64,000 nt of DNA from Deltaproteobacteria bacterium (GCA_026986785.1 JALSNW010000022.1:14265-78264), one strand, 5' to 3'; counted from the first letter of the stretch, positions 46,965 to 58,593 are shown. Program-made: numbers and translations. Notes: a model not told the origin generated them from the sequence alone.

Positions 46965-47045
46965 TTCCTATTGATTGCTACTTGCGAAACGAAGGGATGG
47001 TATTTTCTCCCTTTTACCGCACAAAGAGGGAGCAATAGTAAAAGT

Positions 47046-47077
47046 AGGGGCGGCCCACTTGGCCCCCCTATTTTTTT
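47046..47077 (+). terminator. rho-independent terminator
   Basis: AGGGGCGGCC cactt GGCCCCCCT hairpin (one bulge) followed by TTTTTTT. Confidence 0.8.
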
Positions 47078-47217
47078 CAAGTCACCTTTCTCGCGGATCC
47101 ATCTTGATTAGCCAGCCCTTATTTTGTAGCTTTTAGGCATGTCCCTTTAACTTTTGGTCCTGTACGAAATGTCTATTATATGTCTCCGCAAGTACAAAGG
47201 CGGAACTCCAAGAGCTG

Positions 47218-47949
47218 ATGAGTCCTACATATCCCTACAAACAGGATAGCCTAAAACAAGGCCTTACATGCAGGCCGTTTGAACACCTGGCGGAAAAATT
47301 GGCTGGCTTCTCCAAGAGTCCTCAGGGTGAAACACTACATCCTAAAAAGGGAAAAAGCACCCCCTGTGCTTGCAAACAGGAATCGGACACTGAGCTCTTC
47401 TTGAAGGCCATGAAGGATGTCACACCCTTGAAAGACCGTAAGGTCATCACTCAGCCCCATTTCAAGAAATCTAAGACAAAGACACAGCCTTCCCCACTGG
47501 ATCAAGACCTCCAGGAGGCAATCCAGGAATTGAAAGACCTCGTGCAAGGTAAGCGGCCTCTGCCTGTAGAACATATCCCAGAATATATGGATGGCCCCCG
47601 GATCAATTCTGATAGAAGGTTGCTCAGAAGGCTGAGAAGTGGAGGATTTGCCATACAGGCATACTGTGAACTCCACGGACTGACTGCCTACGAGGCCCTC
47701 AAGGTATGCGACGGATTCCTGGCAGATTCTCTCATGAGCAACAGGCGCTGCATCGCATATATCCACGGTAGGGGCAGATCCTCCCCGGGTAAACCCGTGC
47801 TAAAGGAGATGGTAAAAAATTTTCTGAACAGGGGCAGATTCAGGCGATACATAATGGCGTACTGTAGCGCCCCTTCCTGGGATGGTGGACCAGGGGTGAC
47901 TTATGTACTTTTGAGGAAGAGACCAGTTAAAAAGGCCAAGAGAAGATGA
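47218..47949 (+). CDS. Smr-domain protein (SmrB/MutS2 C-terminal type nuclease)
   Basis: C-terminal Smr domain (LHGLTAYEAL...IHGRGRSSPG...VLK). The N-terminal region is low-complexity and basic. Confidence 0.8.
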   Translation: MSPTYPYKQDSLKQGLTCRPFEHLAEKLAGFSKSPQGETLHPKKGKSTPCACKQESDTELFLKAMKDVTPLKDRKVITQPHFKKSKTKTQPSPLDQDLQEAIQELKDLVQGKRPLPVEHIPEYMDGPRINSDRRLLRRLRSGGFAIQAYCELHGLTAYEALKVCDGFLADSLMSNRRCIAYIHGRGRSSPGKPVLKEMVKNFLNRGRFRRYIMAYCSAPSWDGGPGVTYVLLRKRPVKKAKRR

Positions 47950-48572
47950 CAAAGACATTCCCAGGTCTATTCGTAGTGGTCGAGGGCATAGATGGAACAG
48001 GGAAGAGCACCTTGGTGAGCAATCTCTACAAGATCTTGAGAAAGAAGGGTGTAGACGTGTTGGTCACTTTTGAACCCACACATGGCAAATGGGGCAGGAA
48101 AATACGACAAAGCTTCAGCATGAGCAAAAGGATGGAGCCTGAGCAAGAGCTATCCCTCTTCTTGAAAGATAGAAAGGAACATCTGCGGGAAACCGTTATT
48201 CCTGCACTGGAGGCTGGACGTGTCGTACTGTGTGACCGGTATTATTTTTCCACCATGGCCTATCAAGGAGCCATGGGCCTCGATCCCAAGGGGATTAAAG
48301 AAAGAAACACGACCTTTGCCATTAGCCCCGATATCTGCTTCCTCCTGGAGCTTTCGCCAGATAAGGCCATTGAGAGGATTACCCATGGCAGAAAAGAGGC
48401 CATAAACAACTTTGAAAAGTTGGAATATCTGAATAAGGTAGCCGAGATATTTTCTTCCCTCAATGAAGACTGTATTATAAGACTTGATGCAGCCATGTCC
48501 CCTGAACGGTTGTCTAAAACAGCAGCAGAGATCATTCTCAAAAAGCTCGATGATAAAGGCGGTCTGAATTAA
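47946..48572 (+). CDS. tmk: dTMP (thymidylate) kinase
   Basis: P-loop VEGIDGTGKST and DRYYFST motif. ATGA overlap with the Smr gene. Confidence 0.93.
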   Translation: MTKTFPGLFVVVEGIDGTGKSTLVSNLYKILRKKGVDVLVTFEPTHGKWGRKIRQSFSMSKRMEPEQELSLFLKDRKEHLRETVIPALEAGRVVLCDRYYFSTMAYQGAMGLDPKGIKERNTTFAISPDICFLLELSPDKAIERITHGRKEAINNFEKLEYLNKVAEIFSSLNEDCIIRLDAAMSPERLSKTAAEIILKKLDDKGGLN

Positions 48573-48716
48573 TTCTTGAAAAAGGCCTTCCCCGTGACCA
48601 TTGTTTTTTTCAGTTCAGACACGATAAAAACTCTGACTTATTTGTTTTATTCATTCATTATAAACAGGTCTCCTGGTGGAGAAAAACTAATTCCCTTGAA
48701 TATCTAATCCATTTTC

Positions 48717-50732
48717 ATGAAAAAGGAAAAAAAGAAACCTCAAGACAAAAAAAAGCTTCTTTTCACTGCTATATACTGGTTGTTGGGGATCCTCATAATC
48801 ATGGTACTCCCCCAAATCCTCCTCACTGTCCAGACCAGTCAGATCCCCTATTCCCAGTTCAAGGAACTTTTGAAACAGGGCAGGATCCTGGAAGTGCGGC
48901 TCACTGAAGACGAGATCAGGGGCATCATGTTCACAGGATCGGAAAAGGAACTAAAGGAACTAAAAAGACAGATCGAACAGATCGAGGAACAGCCCCCCAA
49001 GGCCAAGGGCCCATTGGACTTTTTTAGCCCATCGAAACGTCCTTCCCTTGACGAGATCTTGAAGAAACTTTCCTCAAATGCCGGGGCCAAGAAAAATATA
49101 GTGCTCTTTCGCACCGTGAGGGTCAAGGACAATAAACTTGTAGATGAACTCGATGCCCAAGGGGTTGAATATGCTGGAGTCAAAGGCAGCATGATCGGAG
49201 AGGTCTTCTGGGGGACCATCGTACCCATAGCCTTTTGGATCGGCCTGTGGTTTTTCCTCATGCGGGGGATGGGTGCTCCAGGTAGTGGACTCCTGTCAAT
49301 AGGCAAATCCAAGGCAAAGGTCGCCGTGGAAAAGGATACAGGGGTCAGATTCCAGGATGTGGCTGGCTGCGAAGAGGCCAAGGAGGAACTGAAAGAGGTG
49401 GTGGAGTTCCTCAAACGCCCCCAAAAATTTGAGGCCCTGGGGGCAAAGATCCCAAAGGGCGTACTTCTGGTGGGCCCACCAGGCACAGGGAAAACCTTGC
49501 TTGCTAGGGCACTTGCAGGCGAAGCAGGAGTTCCGTTTTTCAGCATATCCGGCTCTGAATTCGTTGAGATGTTTGTGGGTGTTGGGGCCGCCAGGGTAAG
49601 GGACCTCTTTAATCAGGCAAAGAAAAATGCCCCATGCATCATATTTGTGGATGAAATAGACGCCATAGGTAAATTCAGAGGGGCTGGTCTTGCAGGAGGA
49701 GGACACGAGGAACGGGAACAGACACTGAACCAGTTATTGGTAGAAATGGATGGCTTTGAGCCCAATATAGGTGTAATATTGCTGGCCGCAACCAACAGAC
49801 CAGAAATCCTCGATCCTGCACTCCTAAGACCGGGCAGGTTCGATAGGCAGGTTGTCCTCGATGCCCCAGATGTCGTGGGCAGAGAGGCCATTCTAAAGGT
49901 ACACTGCAGGGGTAAACCCCTTGCACCAGACGTTGACCTAAAAAGTATAGCCCTGAGGACACCAGGTTTTTCCGGGGCAGATCTGGCCAACATAGTCAAC
50001 GAAGCCGCCCTTTTGGCAGCAAAGGAAGGGGCCAAACAGATATCACAAGCACACTTTGAGGCAGCGGTAGAAAAGGTATTTGCAGGACCGGAGCGCAAGA
50101 GCAGACGCCTTGGTAAAAAAGAGAGAAAACGCGTGGCATATCATGAATCCGGCCATGCCCTTGTGGCCTTTCATTGTCCCAATGCTGCACCAGTGGCAAA
50201 AATCTCTATCATACCCAGGGGCAAGGCAGCTCTTGGATATACCTTACAGCTTCCAGAAGAGGAACGCTATCTAATGACCGTCAATGAACTCCTGGACAAG
50301 ATCTGTGTCTCCCTTGGAGGGAGGGCTGCCGAAGAGGTGGTATTCAATGAAGTAAGCTCAGGTGCCCAGAACGACCTGGAGGTTGCAACAGAGATGGCAA
50401 GAGGTATGGTATGCCGTTTTGGTATGAGTGAGAAGATAGGTCCCATTGCCCTCACACGGGAGACCTCTCCATTTCTGAAAGTGCCCGGCATGGCTGAGCA
50501 ACAGAATCTCAGCCCCGAACTTCAGGCAGAAGTTGACAATGAGGTAAGAAGGGTCTTAAGAGAACAATACGACAGGGCCCTTTCCATCATACGAAAGCAC
50601 AGACAGGCCCTCGAGAACGTCTCCACCAGGCTCCTGATAGAAGAAGTCATGAGTGCAGACGAATTTAAAAGGCTTGCTGGAATAGATTCTGACAATCATG
50701 CGCACAAGGAGGATTCAAATGAACATTCATGA
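48717..50732 (+). CDS. ftsH: ATP-dependent zinc metalloprotease FtsH
   Basis: Two TM segments, AAA+ GPPGTGKT, second region of homology, and HESGHAL zinc site. Confidence 0.97.
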   Translation: MKKEKKKPQDKKKLLFTAIYWLLGILIIMVLPQILLTVQTSQIPYSQFKELLKQGRILEVRLTEDEIRGIMFTGSEKELKELKRQIEQIEEQPPKAKGPLDFFSPSKRPSLDEILKKLSSNAGAKKNIVLFRTVRVKDNKLVDELDAQGVEYAGVKGSMIGEVFWGTIVPIAFWIGLWFFLMRGMGAPGSGLLSIGKSKAKVAVEKDTGVRFQDVAGCEEAKEELKEVVEFLKRPQKFEALGAKIPKGVLLVGPPGTGKTLLARALAGEAGVPFFSISGSEFVEMFVGVGAARVRDLFNQAKKNAPCIIFVDEIDAIGKFRGAGLAGGGHEEREQTLNQLLVEMDGFEPNIGVILLAATNRPEILDPALLRPGRFDRQVVLDAPDVVGREAILKVHCRGKPLAPDVDLKSIALRTPGFSGADLANIVNEAALLAAKEGAKQISQAHFEAAVEKVFAGPERKSRRLGKKERKRVAYHESGHALVAFHCPNAAPVAKISIIPRGKAALGYTLQLPEEERYLMTVNELLDKICVSLGGRAAEEVVFNEVSSGAQNDLEVATEMARGMVCRFGMSEKIGPIALTRETSPFLKVPGMAEQQNLSPELQAEVDNEVRRVLREQYDRALSIIRKHRQALENVSTRLLIEEVMSADEFKRLAGIDSDNHAHKEDSNEHS

Positions 50733-52188
50733 TCCAAAGCCAAGACGACAGGACGTCTTTTCTGCCCTGTTGTCCATCATGTTTTTATTTACACTTTTTT
50801 CATCCACCCAGGTCTATGCCAGAACCGTACAAGAAGATGAAAATATAGCCCTTCTTGCCAGGACTTCCCAGGCGATAGCAGAGATCGTAAAAGAGGCCAT
50901 GCCTGCAGTGGTCTTCGTCCAGGTGGAAAAGACAATTGAACAAGGCCCCTCCCCCTTTGGAGGACAGGACCCATTTGGTATGTTCAACGACCCCTTCTTC
51001 CAGAGATTCTTTGGCCCCCAATTTCGACAAAGACCGAGAAAATTCAAGCAGAGAGGCCAAGGCTCTGGTTTCATAATCAGTAGCGATGGCTACATACTCA
51101 CCAATAATCATGTCGTAGGAGGCGCTGACAGTATAAGTGTCAAATTGGCTGATGGCAGAAAATTCAAGGCCAAGGTCATTGGCAAAGACCCCCAGTCGGA
51201 CGTGGCAGTAATAAAGATAAATGCCACAGGCCTGCCTGTCCTCCCTCTTGGCAACTCCGATGCCCTACAGGTGGGAGAATGGGTCATTGCCATAGGTAAT
51301 CCCTTTGGTCTAACCCAGACAGTCACCGTGGGTGTTGTCAGCGCCAAGGGCAGAAGCAGGCTTGGCATTACAGACTATGAGGATTACATCCAAACGGATG
51401 CTGCCATAAACCCAGGAAATTCTGGTGGCCCTCTTATCAACATCCATGGCCAAGCCATAGGCATAAACTCGGCCATCTTCTCCAGGAGTGGTGGTTATAT
51501 GGGTATCGGCTTTGCCATACCAATCAATATGGCTAAGGCCGTTAAGGACCAGCTCATCAAGAATGGAAAGGTGATTAGGGGATGGCTTGGTGTTGTGATC
51601 CAGGAACTCGACGAGGATCTGGCAAAGTCCTTTGGCCTGAAAAAGACCGAAGGGGTACTAATTTCCGAAGTTGCAGAAAACTCCCCTGCCAAAAAGGCCG
51701 GCCTCAAAAGCGGGGACATAATCCTCAAGATGGATGGCCATAAGGTCTACGACATAGGGGAATTGAGAAACAAGATTGCCCTTACTCCCCCTGGCACCAA
51801 GGTGACCTTTGACATCCTCAGAGAAGGAAAACACAAGACGGTCACTGTAACCATTGAAGAAAAACCAGGTGGCATGAGCGTGGCAATGAACAAACACGAG
51901 ATATTGAAACAGCTCGGTCTCGTTGTCCAAGAACTCACGCCGGATCTTGCCCAGCAGTTTGGATACCGGGAGGGCCAAGGCGTTCTCGTGGCCGAGGTCG
52001 AACCCGGCAGCCTAGCGGCCCAGGCTGGCATAGAACCGGGACAGCTGATAGAAGAGGTCAACAGGATAAAGGTAAGTACGCTGAAAGAATTCCTGAGGGC
52101 CCTTTCAAAATCCCGCCAGACCAAGACTGTGCTCTTTAAGATCAGGGATGGCGACCTCAGCCGTTATGTTGCCTTGAAACTTTCTTGA
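50698..52188 (+). CDS. DegP/HtrA (Do family) periplasmic serine endoprotease with two PDZ domains
   Basis: Catalytic GNSGGPL with His and Asp blocks, plus two PDZ regions. An alternative start ATG lies at 50719. Confidence 0.93.
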   Translation: MRTRRIQMNIHDPKPRRQDVFSALLSIMFLFTLFSSTQVYARTVQEDENIALLARTSQAIAEIVKEAMPAVVFVQVEKTIEQGPSPFGGQDPFGMFNDPFFQRFFGPQFRQRPRKFKQRGQGSGFIISSDGYILTNNHVVGGADSISVKLADGRKFKAKVIGKDPQSDVAVIKINATGLPVLPLGNSDALQVGEWVIAIGNPFGLTQTVTVGVVSAKGRSRLGITDYEDYIQTDAAINPGNSGGPLINIHGQAIGINSAIFSRSGGYMGIGFAIPINMAKAVKDQLIKNGKVIRGWLGVVIQELDEDLAKSFGLKKTEGVLISEVAENSPAKKAGLKSGDIILKMDGHKVYDIGELRNKIALTPPGTKVTFDILREGKHKTVTVTIEEKPGGMSVAMNKHEILKQLGLVVQELTPDLAQQFGYREGQGVLVAEVEPGSLAAQAGIEPGQLIEEVNRIKVSTLKEFLRALSKSRQTKTVLFKIRDGDLSRYVALKLS

Positions 52189-52210
52189 TGAAGGGAAGGA
52201 AAAAAACATA

Positions 52211-53530
52211 ATGTCAAGAACTATACTCGAGGCACTCGATGCAGAAAGCCCCTCTGGCAAGGAGGGGTTTTCTACCCTATTGAAGCGCCAATTTGAGATC
52301 CCCAAAGATATCGAGGCCTCTGTCCAAGAGATAATAAGAAAGGTGCAATCCGAAGGGGATAAGGCCCTTTTAGAATATACCAAGAGATTTGACTGCCCAG
52401 ACTTTGAGTCCTCGATGCTGAGAGCCAAGGAAGAAGAGATCTCGGCAGCCTATGATCATGTTGATGAAAAAATCGTAGGCAGCCTGAGAAAGGCCCTTGA
52501 GAACATAAGGAAGTTTCACGCCAAACAGCTGCCTGTCTCATGGTTCGCCACAAGGGAGGACGGAACGATCCTCGGACAGATGGTAAACCCCGTGGATGCA
52601 GCAGGGCTCTATGTACCTGGAGGTACAGGAGGCAGCACCCCCCTTGTCTCATCCGTATTGATGAATGCTGTCCCTGCCAGAATAGCCGGGGTCGAAAGGA
52701 TAATCCTTGCTACACCTCCTGGCAAAGATGGTACAATAAACCCTTATCTCCTCGTGGCAGCCAAAGAGGCAGGTGTGGAAGAGATCTACAAGATGGGCAG
52801 TGCGTGGGCCATCGCAGCCATGGCCCTTGGCACGGAGACCATAAAGGCTGTAGATGTCATAGCAGGCCCAGGAAACATTTTCGTCACAGTTGCAAAAAAG
52901 CTGCTCTCTGGCACAGTGGGCATAGATATGATTGCAGGGCCGAGCGAGATCCTCATCATTGCAGATCGATCGGCTGAGCCGTCTTCAGTGGCAGCAGATA
53001 TGCTTTCCCAGGCAGAACACGACCCCATGGCAACAGCCATACTGTTGTCAACCTCTAATAGCCTGGCAGGGGAGGTCTGCTCTGAGCTTACAATACAGCT
53101 CAACAAGCTCCAGAGACAAGACACGGCCAGAAAGTCCTTGAAGGCCAATGGATTGGTGCTCGTGGTAAAAGACCTCGACCATGCTGCCCAGATGGCGAAC
53201 ATGGTTGGCCCAGAACATCTGGAGCTCCTGGTTGAACAACCCTGGGATCTGGTCCCCAAGATCCGCCATGCAGGTGCCATATTTCTTGGTGGCTTCAGCC
53301 CAGAGCCTGTTGGTGACTATATTGCTGGCCCTAACCATGTGCTTCCCACCATGGGAACAGCCCGTTTTTCCTCTGCCCTTGGGGTAGAGATCTTCTTGAA
53401 GCGTTCAAGCATAATCTCCTATTCCGAGAGGGCCTTTTTCCAAGATGCCCAGGACGTGATGAATCTGGCCCGCATAGAAGGCCTTACTGCCCATGAAAAC
53501 TCCATTGCCGTTCGCCTAAAAAAAGATTGA
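52211..53530 (+). CDS. hisD: histidinol dehydrogenase
   Basis: 439 aa with full-length HisD-like sequence (YVPGG...AGPSE...QAEHD). Confidence 0.95.
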   Translation: MSRTILEALDAESPSGKEGFSTLLKRQFEIPKDIEASVQEIIRKVQSEGDKALLEYTKRFDCPDFESSMLRAKEEEISAAYDHVDEKIVGSLRKALENIRKFHAKQLPVSWFATREDGTILGQMVNPVDAAGLYVPGGTGGSTPLVSSVLMNAVPARIAGVERIILATPPGKDGTINPYLLVAAKEAGVEEIYKMGSAWAIAAMALGTETIKAVDVIAGPGNIFVTVAKKLLSGTVGIDMIAGPSEILIIADRSAEPSSVAADMLSQAEHDPMATAILLSTSNSLAGEVCSELTIQLNKLQRQDTARKSLKANGLVLVVKDLDHAAQMANMVGPEHLELLVEQPWDLVPKIRHAGAIFLGGFSPEPVGDYIAGPNHVLPTMGTARFSSALGVEIFLKRSSIISYSERAFFQDAQDVMNLARIEGLTAHENSIAVRLKKD

Positions 53531-53635
53531 TAGTGGAGGTAGCTGATATCTCAGTTTTTTCATCCAGACCATGGCATCTGCCTGAAAAGACCTTATTGTC
53601 TTAGATAGATAAACAAGAGAAAGGGGGAAGATGTC

Positions 53636-54097
53636 ATGGTCAATAAGATGATTATCACTACCGATGGTTCAGAAGCAGCGGAAAAAGCCGCTGCCTTTGG
53701 AATAGAGCATGCGGCCCAATTGGGATGCAAGGTACTTTGTATCACTGTCTTGCGCCCTGTAGAGGCCATCATAGGCATGAAATTGGAGTACATCTTCGTA
53801 GAGGAAGACGACTCTATAGCCAAAGAACTCCTTTCTGCAGGTGAAAAGGCTGTGGCAAGAATAGTGGAAATGGGCAACAAGAAAGGCATCGCCATTGAAG
53901 GGAAAATAGTTCGACACGAAAGGGTGGAAAAGGGCATATGCGAAGCAGCCAAAGAAGAAAATGCCGATTTGATAGTTATTGGCATGCACGGACACGGCTT
54001 TTCTGGCCTTGCCTCACCCGAAATGGGCTCTGTTACCAGGCGGTTGTTGGCTGAGCCACCGACCTGTCCCGTGATAGTAGTCCCTCCTTCCAACTAA
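53636..54097 (+). CDS. universal stress protein (UspA family)
   Basis: 153 aa. C-terminal G-x2-G-x9-GSV motif (GMHGHGFSGLASPEMGSVTRRLL) and PVIVVP. Confidence 0.88.
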   Translation: MVNKMIITTDGSEAAEKAAAFGIEHAAQLGCKVLCITVLRPVEAIIGMKLEYIFVEEDDSIAKELLSAGEKAVARIVEMGNKKGIAIEGKIVRHERVEKGICEAAKEENADLIVIGMHGHGFSGLASPEMGSVTRRLLAEPPTCPVIVVPPSN

Positions 54098-54353
54098 AAA
54101 GCCAGAAGGGAACCAGGTGTCCTTTTATTCCCCGATAAAAAGGCATCTGGTTCACTATTGTAATAACCTCTTTCATAGCCCTACCCGCCATGACAGGCCC
54201 TGAGCACAAAACCATCCTCCATGTGATCTGGAGGAAATCTCTTTACAATTTTTTTGAAGCGTCCGATAAAAAGATGGAATGATAAAAATAACCGGCCCGC
54301 TAAAAATTATTATCTAAAAATCTTAGGATGCTACAAAAAAGGGAATAGCAAAA

Positions 54354-54815
54354 GTGGATGCAAAAATAATCAATCCGTTTCTTGAAGCAGCCATGAATGT
54401 ACTCAAGACCATGGCTATGATAGAAGCTGCCCCTGGCAAACCGTTCATCAAGAAAGACGATGTGGCCATGGGAGACGTATCTGGTATTATTGGCATAACA
54501 GGGGCTGCCCAGGGATCTATGTCTATCTCGTTCGAATCCCCCTGCATCTGTTCTGTGGTGAACAACCTTTTCGGGATCTCTGTAAATGAGATAAACGAAG
54601 AGGTCAAGGACGCCGTGGGGGAGATGACAAACATGATCTGTGGAGATGCCAGAAGGCGTCTCGAAGGGGCAGGCATATCCCTTCAGGCAGGCACTCCCAC
54701 TGTTGTTTCAGGAAAGAATCATTCCATCACTCACATACATACAGGACCCTGCCTGGCAGTGCCTTTTGAAACCAATAGTGGCAAGTTTGTTCTGGAGGTA
54801 GCCTTTAACGATTAA
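54354..54815 (+). CDS. cheX: CheX-like chemotaxis phosphatase domain protein
   Basis: 153 aa. INPFLEAAMNVLKTM N-terminus and GEMTNMICG block are typical of CheX/CheC-like proteins. GTG start. Confidence 0.8.
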   Translation: MDAKIINPFLEAAMNVLKTMAMIEAAPGKPFIKKDDVAMGDVSGIIGITGAAQGSMSISFESPCICSVVNNLFGISVNEINEEVKDAVGEMTNMICGDARRRLEGAGISLQAGTPTVVSGKNHSITHIHTGPCLAVPFETNSGKFVLEVAFND

Positions 54816-55534
54816 TTGATGGCTCGCAAGGCCCTTGAAACCTCATCTTTTATGGCCTTTAAGGCCTCGAGGGGATGTTTTGCCTCTTTTATAGGGCGTC
54901 CAATGACCAGGTGGTCTGAGCCATTTATTATGGCATCATAGGGTGTTGCAAAACGGGCCTGATCATCTCTTCCAGGCCCAGAAACATTCTCTGGCCTAAC
55001 GCCTGGAGTGACAAGAACGAGCTCATCCCCTGTCTTACTTCTTACCATTGCCACCTCTTGCGGGGAACAAACGACACCAACACAACCTGCATCCCTTGCC
55101 GCAACAGCACGCCTTATCACCAACTCTTCGATAGGGATGGACGTACCCATTTCCTCCATGTCATCTTGGCCAAGGCTGGTAAGCACTGTTACGGCCAGTA
55201 TCCCAACATCCGCCGAGGCCCTGGCGGCAGCCTCCATTATGGCCCTGTTTCCATGAACAGTGGCAAAGGTGATATCACGACCACCCAGTTGGTCTACGGC
55301 CAGCTCGACGGTCTTGGGGATATCGTAAAACTTTAGATCCAACATTACCTTGAGGCCCCGGATAGTCAGCCATTCCACTATCTCAAAGCCGGCTGCCAGA
55401 AACAATTGTAGGCCTACCTTGAAAAAGGCCGTCTCTGATTCCAGTATCCGAACCAGTTCCTTTGCCTGTTCCAAGGTGGAGACATCAAGGGCAAATATTA
55501 TCCTTTCGTTCAAGGGAATATTTTTAACTTGCAT
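54812..55534 (-). CDS. pyrF: orotidine 5'-phosphate decarboxylase
   Basis: IFALDV and DLKFYDIPKTV motifs. Confidence 0.95.
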   Translation of the reverse strand: MQVKNIPLNERIIFALDVSTLEQAKELVRILESETAFFKVGLQLFLAAGFEIVEWLTIRGLKVMLDLKFYDIPKTVELAVDQLGGRDITFATVHGNRAIMEAAARASADVGILAVTVLTSLGQDDMEEMGTSIPIEELVIRRAVAARDAGCVGVVCSPQEVAMVRSKTGDELVLVTPGVRPENVSGPGRDDQARFATPYDAIINGSDHLVIGRPIKEAKHPLEALKAIKDEVSRALRAIN

Positions 55535-55609
55535 TTTTTTCTCCTTCTTAGGACACTTGGTCCTGGACCCAAATAGATTTTATAGTGCCATCTTAGCAGG
55601 CAGGAATAT

Positions 55610-56704
55610 ATGAAAGAAGACCAAAATCGTCGTATCCAGACACTGAAAAAAAGTCTATCGGCAAGGGGACTCGATGCGGCCCTCATCACCGGCCCAGAGA
55701 ACAGATTTTACCTAAGTGGATTTCTGGCCGAGGACTTGGGCCTCACCGAATCTGCAGGGGCATTGATTATTTCCAAAAAACAGAGATTTCTGCTCACCGA
55801 TGGAAGATATGAGATACAGGCACGGGAGCAGGCCCGAGGATTTACAATCGTGATCTACAAAAGAGGGCTTGCCCATGCACTCAAAGATCTTTTCTGTAGC
55901 CTTGGAGTAAAACGATGTGCTTTTGAACCCTCTTTTCTTTCTTGCAGCAGGTTTGAAAGGCTGAAAAAGACCCTGCCAAACGTATCCTGGCACGACCTGG
56001 GGGATATATGTAAAAAAATGCGGCAGATCAAGGATCCAATAGAGATTGAAAAGCTGACCAAGGCCCAACAGGTTGCAGAGGCTGTATTTCAAAAGGTGCT
56101 ACCTGAAATCAGAGAGGGAAGGACAGAAAAGGAGATCGCCTTCATAATTCTAAAGGGCCTATATACCCTGGCAGACGGACCTTCATTTCCCCCCATAGTA
56201 GCCTCTGGAGCCAACAGTGCGTTACCCCATGCAGTACCAGGAGACAGGAAGATCCGCCATGGTGAACCCATTATCATCGACATGGGCGCTCGCCTTAATG
56301 GCTACTGTTCAGACATGACAAGGACCTTGTTTTGCTCTAAGCCAGCTGAAAAATTCATCAGGATATACAACACGGTCAAAAAGGCCCAAAGGGCTGCACA
56401 AGAGGCGATCAGACCTGGTATGACAGGAAGAGAGGCCGATGACATTGCCAGGAGGGTCATAAAAGAGGCTGGATTTGGCAAATATTTTGTCCATTCCCTT
56501 GGTCATGGGGTAGGTATTGCAATTCACGAGGCCCCGGCCATATCTTTCAGGTCCAGATCCAGGTTAAAATCTGGCATGGTATTTACTGTGGAACCAGGCA
56601 TTTACTTACCAGGAGAAGGGGGAGTAAGGCTTGAAAACATGGGAATGCTCACTGAGCAAGGGCTTCAAATAATTACATCTGACAAGTGGATCTATGACCT
56701 CTAA
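55610..56704 (+). CDS. M24 family Xaa-Pro aminopeptidase/dipeptidase
   Basis: Creatinase-like N-domain plus M24 core with HSLGHGVGIAIHE and VEPGIY. Confidence 0.9.
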   Translation: MKEDQNRRIQTLKKSLSARGLDAALITGPENRFYLSGFLAEDLGLTESAGALIISKKQRFLLTDGRYEIQAREQARGFTIVIYKRGLAHALKDLFCSLGVKRCAFEPSFLSCSRFERLKKTLPNVSWHDLGDICKKMRQIKDPIEIEKLTKAQQVAEAVFQKVLPEIREGRTEKEIAFIILKGLYTLADGPSFPPIVASGANSALPHAVPGDRKIRHGEPIIIDMGARLNGYCSDMTRTLFCSKPAEKFIRIYNTVKKAQRAAQEAIRPGMTGREADDIARRVIKEAGFGKYFVHSLGHGVGIAIHEAPAISFRSRSRLKSGMVFTVEPGIYLPGEGGVRLENMGMLTEQGLQIITSDKWIYDL

Positions 56705-57449
56705 CGAAAAAGGAGTAAACGAGGCCGAGCTCAGCCTCACCGAGCACCTGGCTGAACTGCGCACCCGGCTAATCAGATCAGTGGTAGCTGTAGCCGTGGG
56801 GTTTTGTATCAGTTATGCCTTTATAAGACCTATCTTTGCCTTCCTTTCCCTACCCCTTCTCCAGGTACTACCTCCCGGGACATCCTTGATCTTTACATCT
56901 TATCCAGAGGCATTCTTTACATACCTGAAACTTGCCCTTACTGCCGGGTTGTTCTTGGCCAGCCCCTTCATCCTCCATGAGATATGGGCATTTATCGCCC
57001 CTGGCCTTTACCCCCACGAGAGGAAATGGGCCCTGCCATTCATTTTCTTTTCCAGTCTCTTTTTCATTGGGGGGGCAATATTCGGATACTTTGCGGTATT
57101 TCCAGCTGCATTCAGTTTTCTTGCCAGTTACGCAGGGGCAGATCTAAAATTGTTGCCAAGCGTGAGTGAATATTTCAGCCTCACCATAAAGTTGCTCCTG
57201 GGCTTTGGTGCAGCATTCGAGCTGCCTATCTTCATGGTGTTCATGGCCCTTGTAGGTATCATCGACGCAAAGATGTTGAGAAAGAACAGAAAATATGCCC
57301 TCCTTATCATATTCATAATTGCAGCAGTCATAACCCCTACGCCAGACGTAGTAAATCAATGCCTATTGGCAGGCCCGTTGCTTATACTCTATGAAATAAG
57401 CATTATTCTTGTGGCCTTAATTGGCAAAAGGACAAGACATCAAGGATAA
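56694..57449 (+). CDS. tatC: twin-arginine translocase subunit TatC
   Basis: 251 aa, six TM segments, N-terminal LTEHLAELRTRLI block. Confidence 0.93.
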   Translation: MTSNEKGVNEAELSLTEHLAELRTRLIRSVVAVAVGFCISYAFIRPIFAFLSLPLLQVLPPGTSLIFTSYPEAFFTYLKLALTAGLFLASPFILHEIWAFIAPGLYPHERKWALPFIFFSSLFFIGGAIFGYFAVFPAAFSFLASYAGADLKLLPSVSEYFSLTIKLLLGFGAAFELPIFMVFMALVGIIDAKMLRKNRKYALLIIFIIAAVITPTPDVVNQCLLAGPLLILYEISIILVALIGKRTRHQG

Positions 57450-58593
57450 CCCTGTTGCTATACATGTCTTCTATTCCCCAAATAGCTGCCTGTTTGGATA
57501 CATTCTCTGCTATCTTACCATGCCCCTCCTTGGTAATACCAAGGTCTGCGAGGCAGGAAGGACACCCGACACTGCTCAACCATTGAGAAAATACAAAGGC
57601 ACTTCTGTCTGCACAACCGACAGTTTCCGCCTTGTCTATCACATTCAGACACCTTGTCCCAAACTGGCATATCTTTTCTGGCCCATGACTCCTCGCCCTC
57701 CATCTCATCCAGCCTGGAAGTAGGGCACCTAATCCAGCGCCGTGGGCAACACCATAGATGGCACTTATTGCATGTTCGATCAGATGCACCGGAAAGGGAT
57801 GTTCTCCCACACCTGCCCTGGTAAGGCCATTTAAGGCAAGGGTGGCAGCCCACATCAGGGTTGATCGTGCATTGTAGTCCGATGGAGAGGCAAGACATCC
57901 CTCGGTTGCCTTCATGATGTTTCTTATGAGGCCTTCGGCCATATCGTCCTGAACCGGGGTAAAAGGATCTGGGCCATTGAAATATGGCTCGAGGAGGTGA
58001 CATATAGCATCAACGCCTCCGTAGGCAGTATAGTCTGGAGGCACAGAAAAAGTAAGCTCTGGGGCAAGAAAGGACAGCTTGGGATAGACATGGGGAGATC
58101 CGGCTGCCAACTTGTAGCCTGTCTTTTCATTGGTAATCACCATGAAGCCATTCATTTCTGAGCCAGAGGCTGCAATGGTGGGTATGCAGACAATAGGAAG
58201 GGCCTTTTCGATCTGTCTCTTTCCTTCAAACACGTCCCATATATCACCCCCTTCCATCAATGATCCTGCAGCCACTGCCTTTGCTGTGTCCATTACGCTT
58301 CCGCCCCCCAGGGCCAAAACAAAGTCTATTGCCTTTTCCTTCACCATGTCGATTCCACGATGAACAGGAGACAATATAGGGTTCGACTGGATGCCGGAAA
58401 GGTCTATTACATCGATACCCTCGGCCTCAAGGCTGTTTCTGACAATATCGTATGTCCCGCTCTCCCGGACACTCCTCTTGCCTGTCACCAGGAGACAACG
58501 TGAACCAAAGGATCGTGCCTCTCGGCCAACAAGTACCAATATGCCCTTTCCAAAGATGATCCTCGTAGGGTTATGAAATTCGAAATTTTCCAT
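57403..58593 (-). CDS. iron-containing (group III) alcohol dehydrogenase
   Basis: Start set at MENFEFHNPTRIIFGKG. GGGSVMDTAK motif and His-rich metal site. Confidence 0.9.
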   Translation of the reverse strand: MENFEFHNPTRIIFGKGILVLVGREARSFGSRCLLVTGKRSVRESGTYDIVRNSLEAEGIDVIDLSGIQSNPILSPVHRGIDMVKEKAIDFVLALGGGSVMDTAKAVAAGSLMEGGDIWDVFEGKRQIEKALPIVCIPTIAASGSEMNGFMVITNEKTGYKLAAGSPHVYPKLSFLAPELTFSVPPDYTAYGGVDAICHLLEPYFNGPDPFTPVQDDMAEGLIRNIMKATEGCLASPSDYNARSTLMWAATLALNGLTRAGVGEHPFPVHLIEHAISAIYGVAHGAGLGALLPGWMRWRARSHGPEKICQFGTRCLNVIDKAETVGCADRSAFVFSQWLSSVGCPSCLADLGITKEGHGKIAENVSKQAAIWGIEDMYSNRVILDVLSFCQLRPQE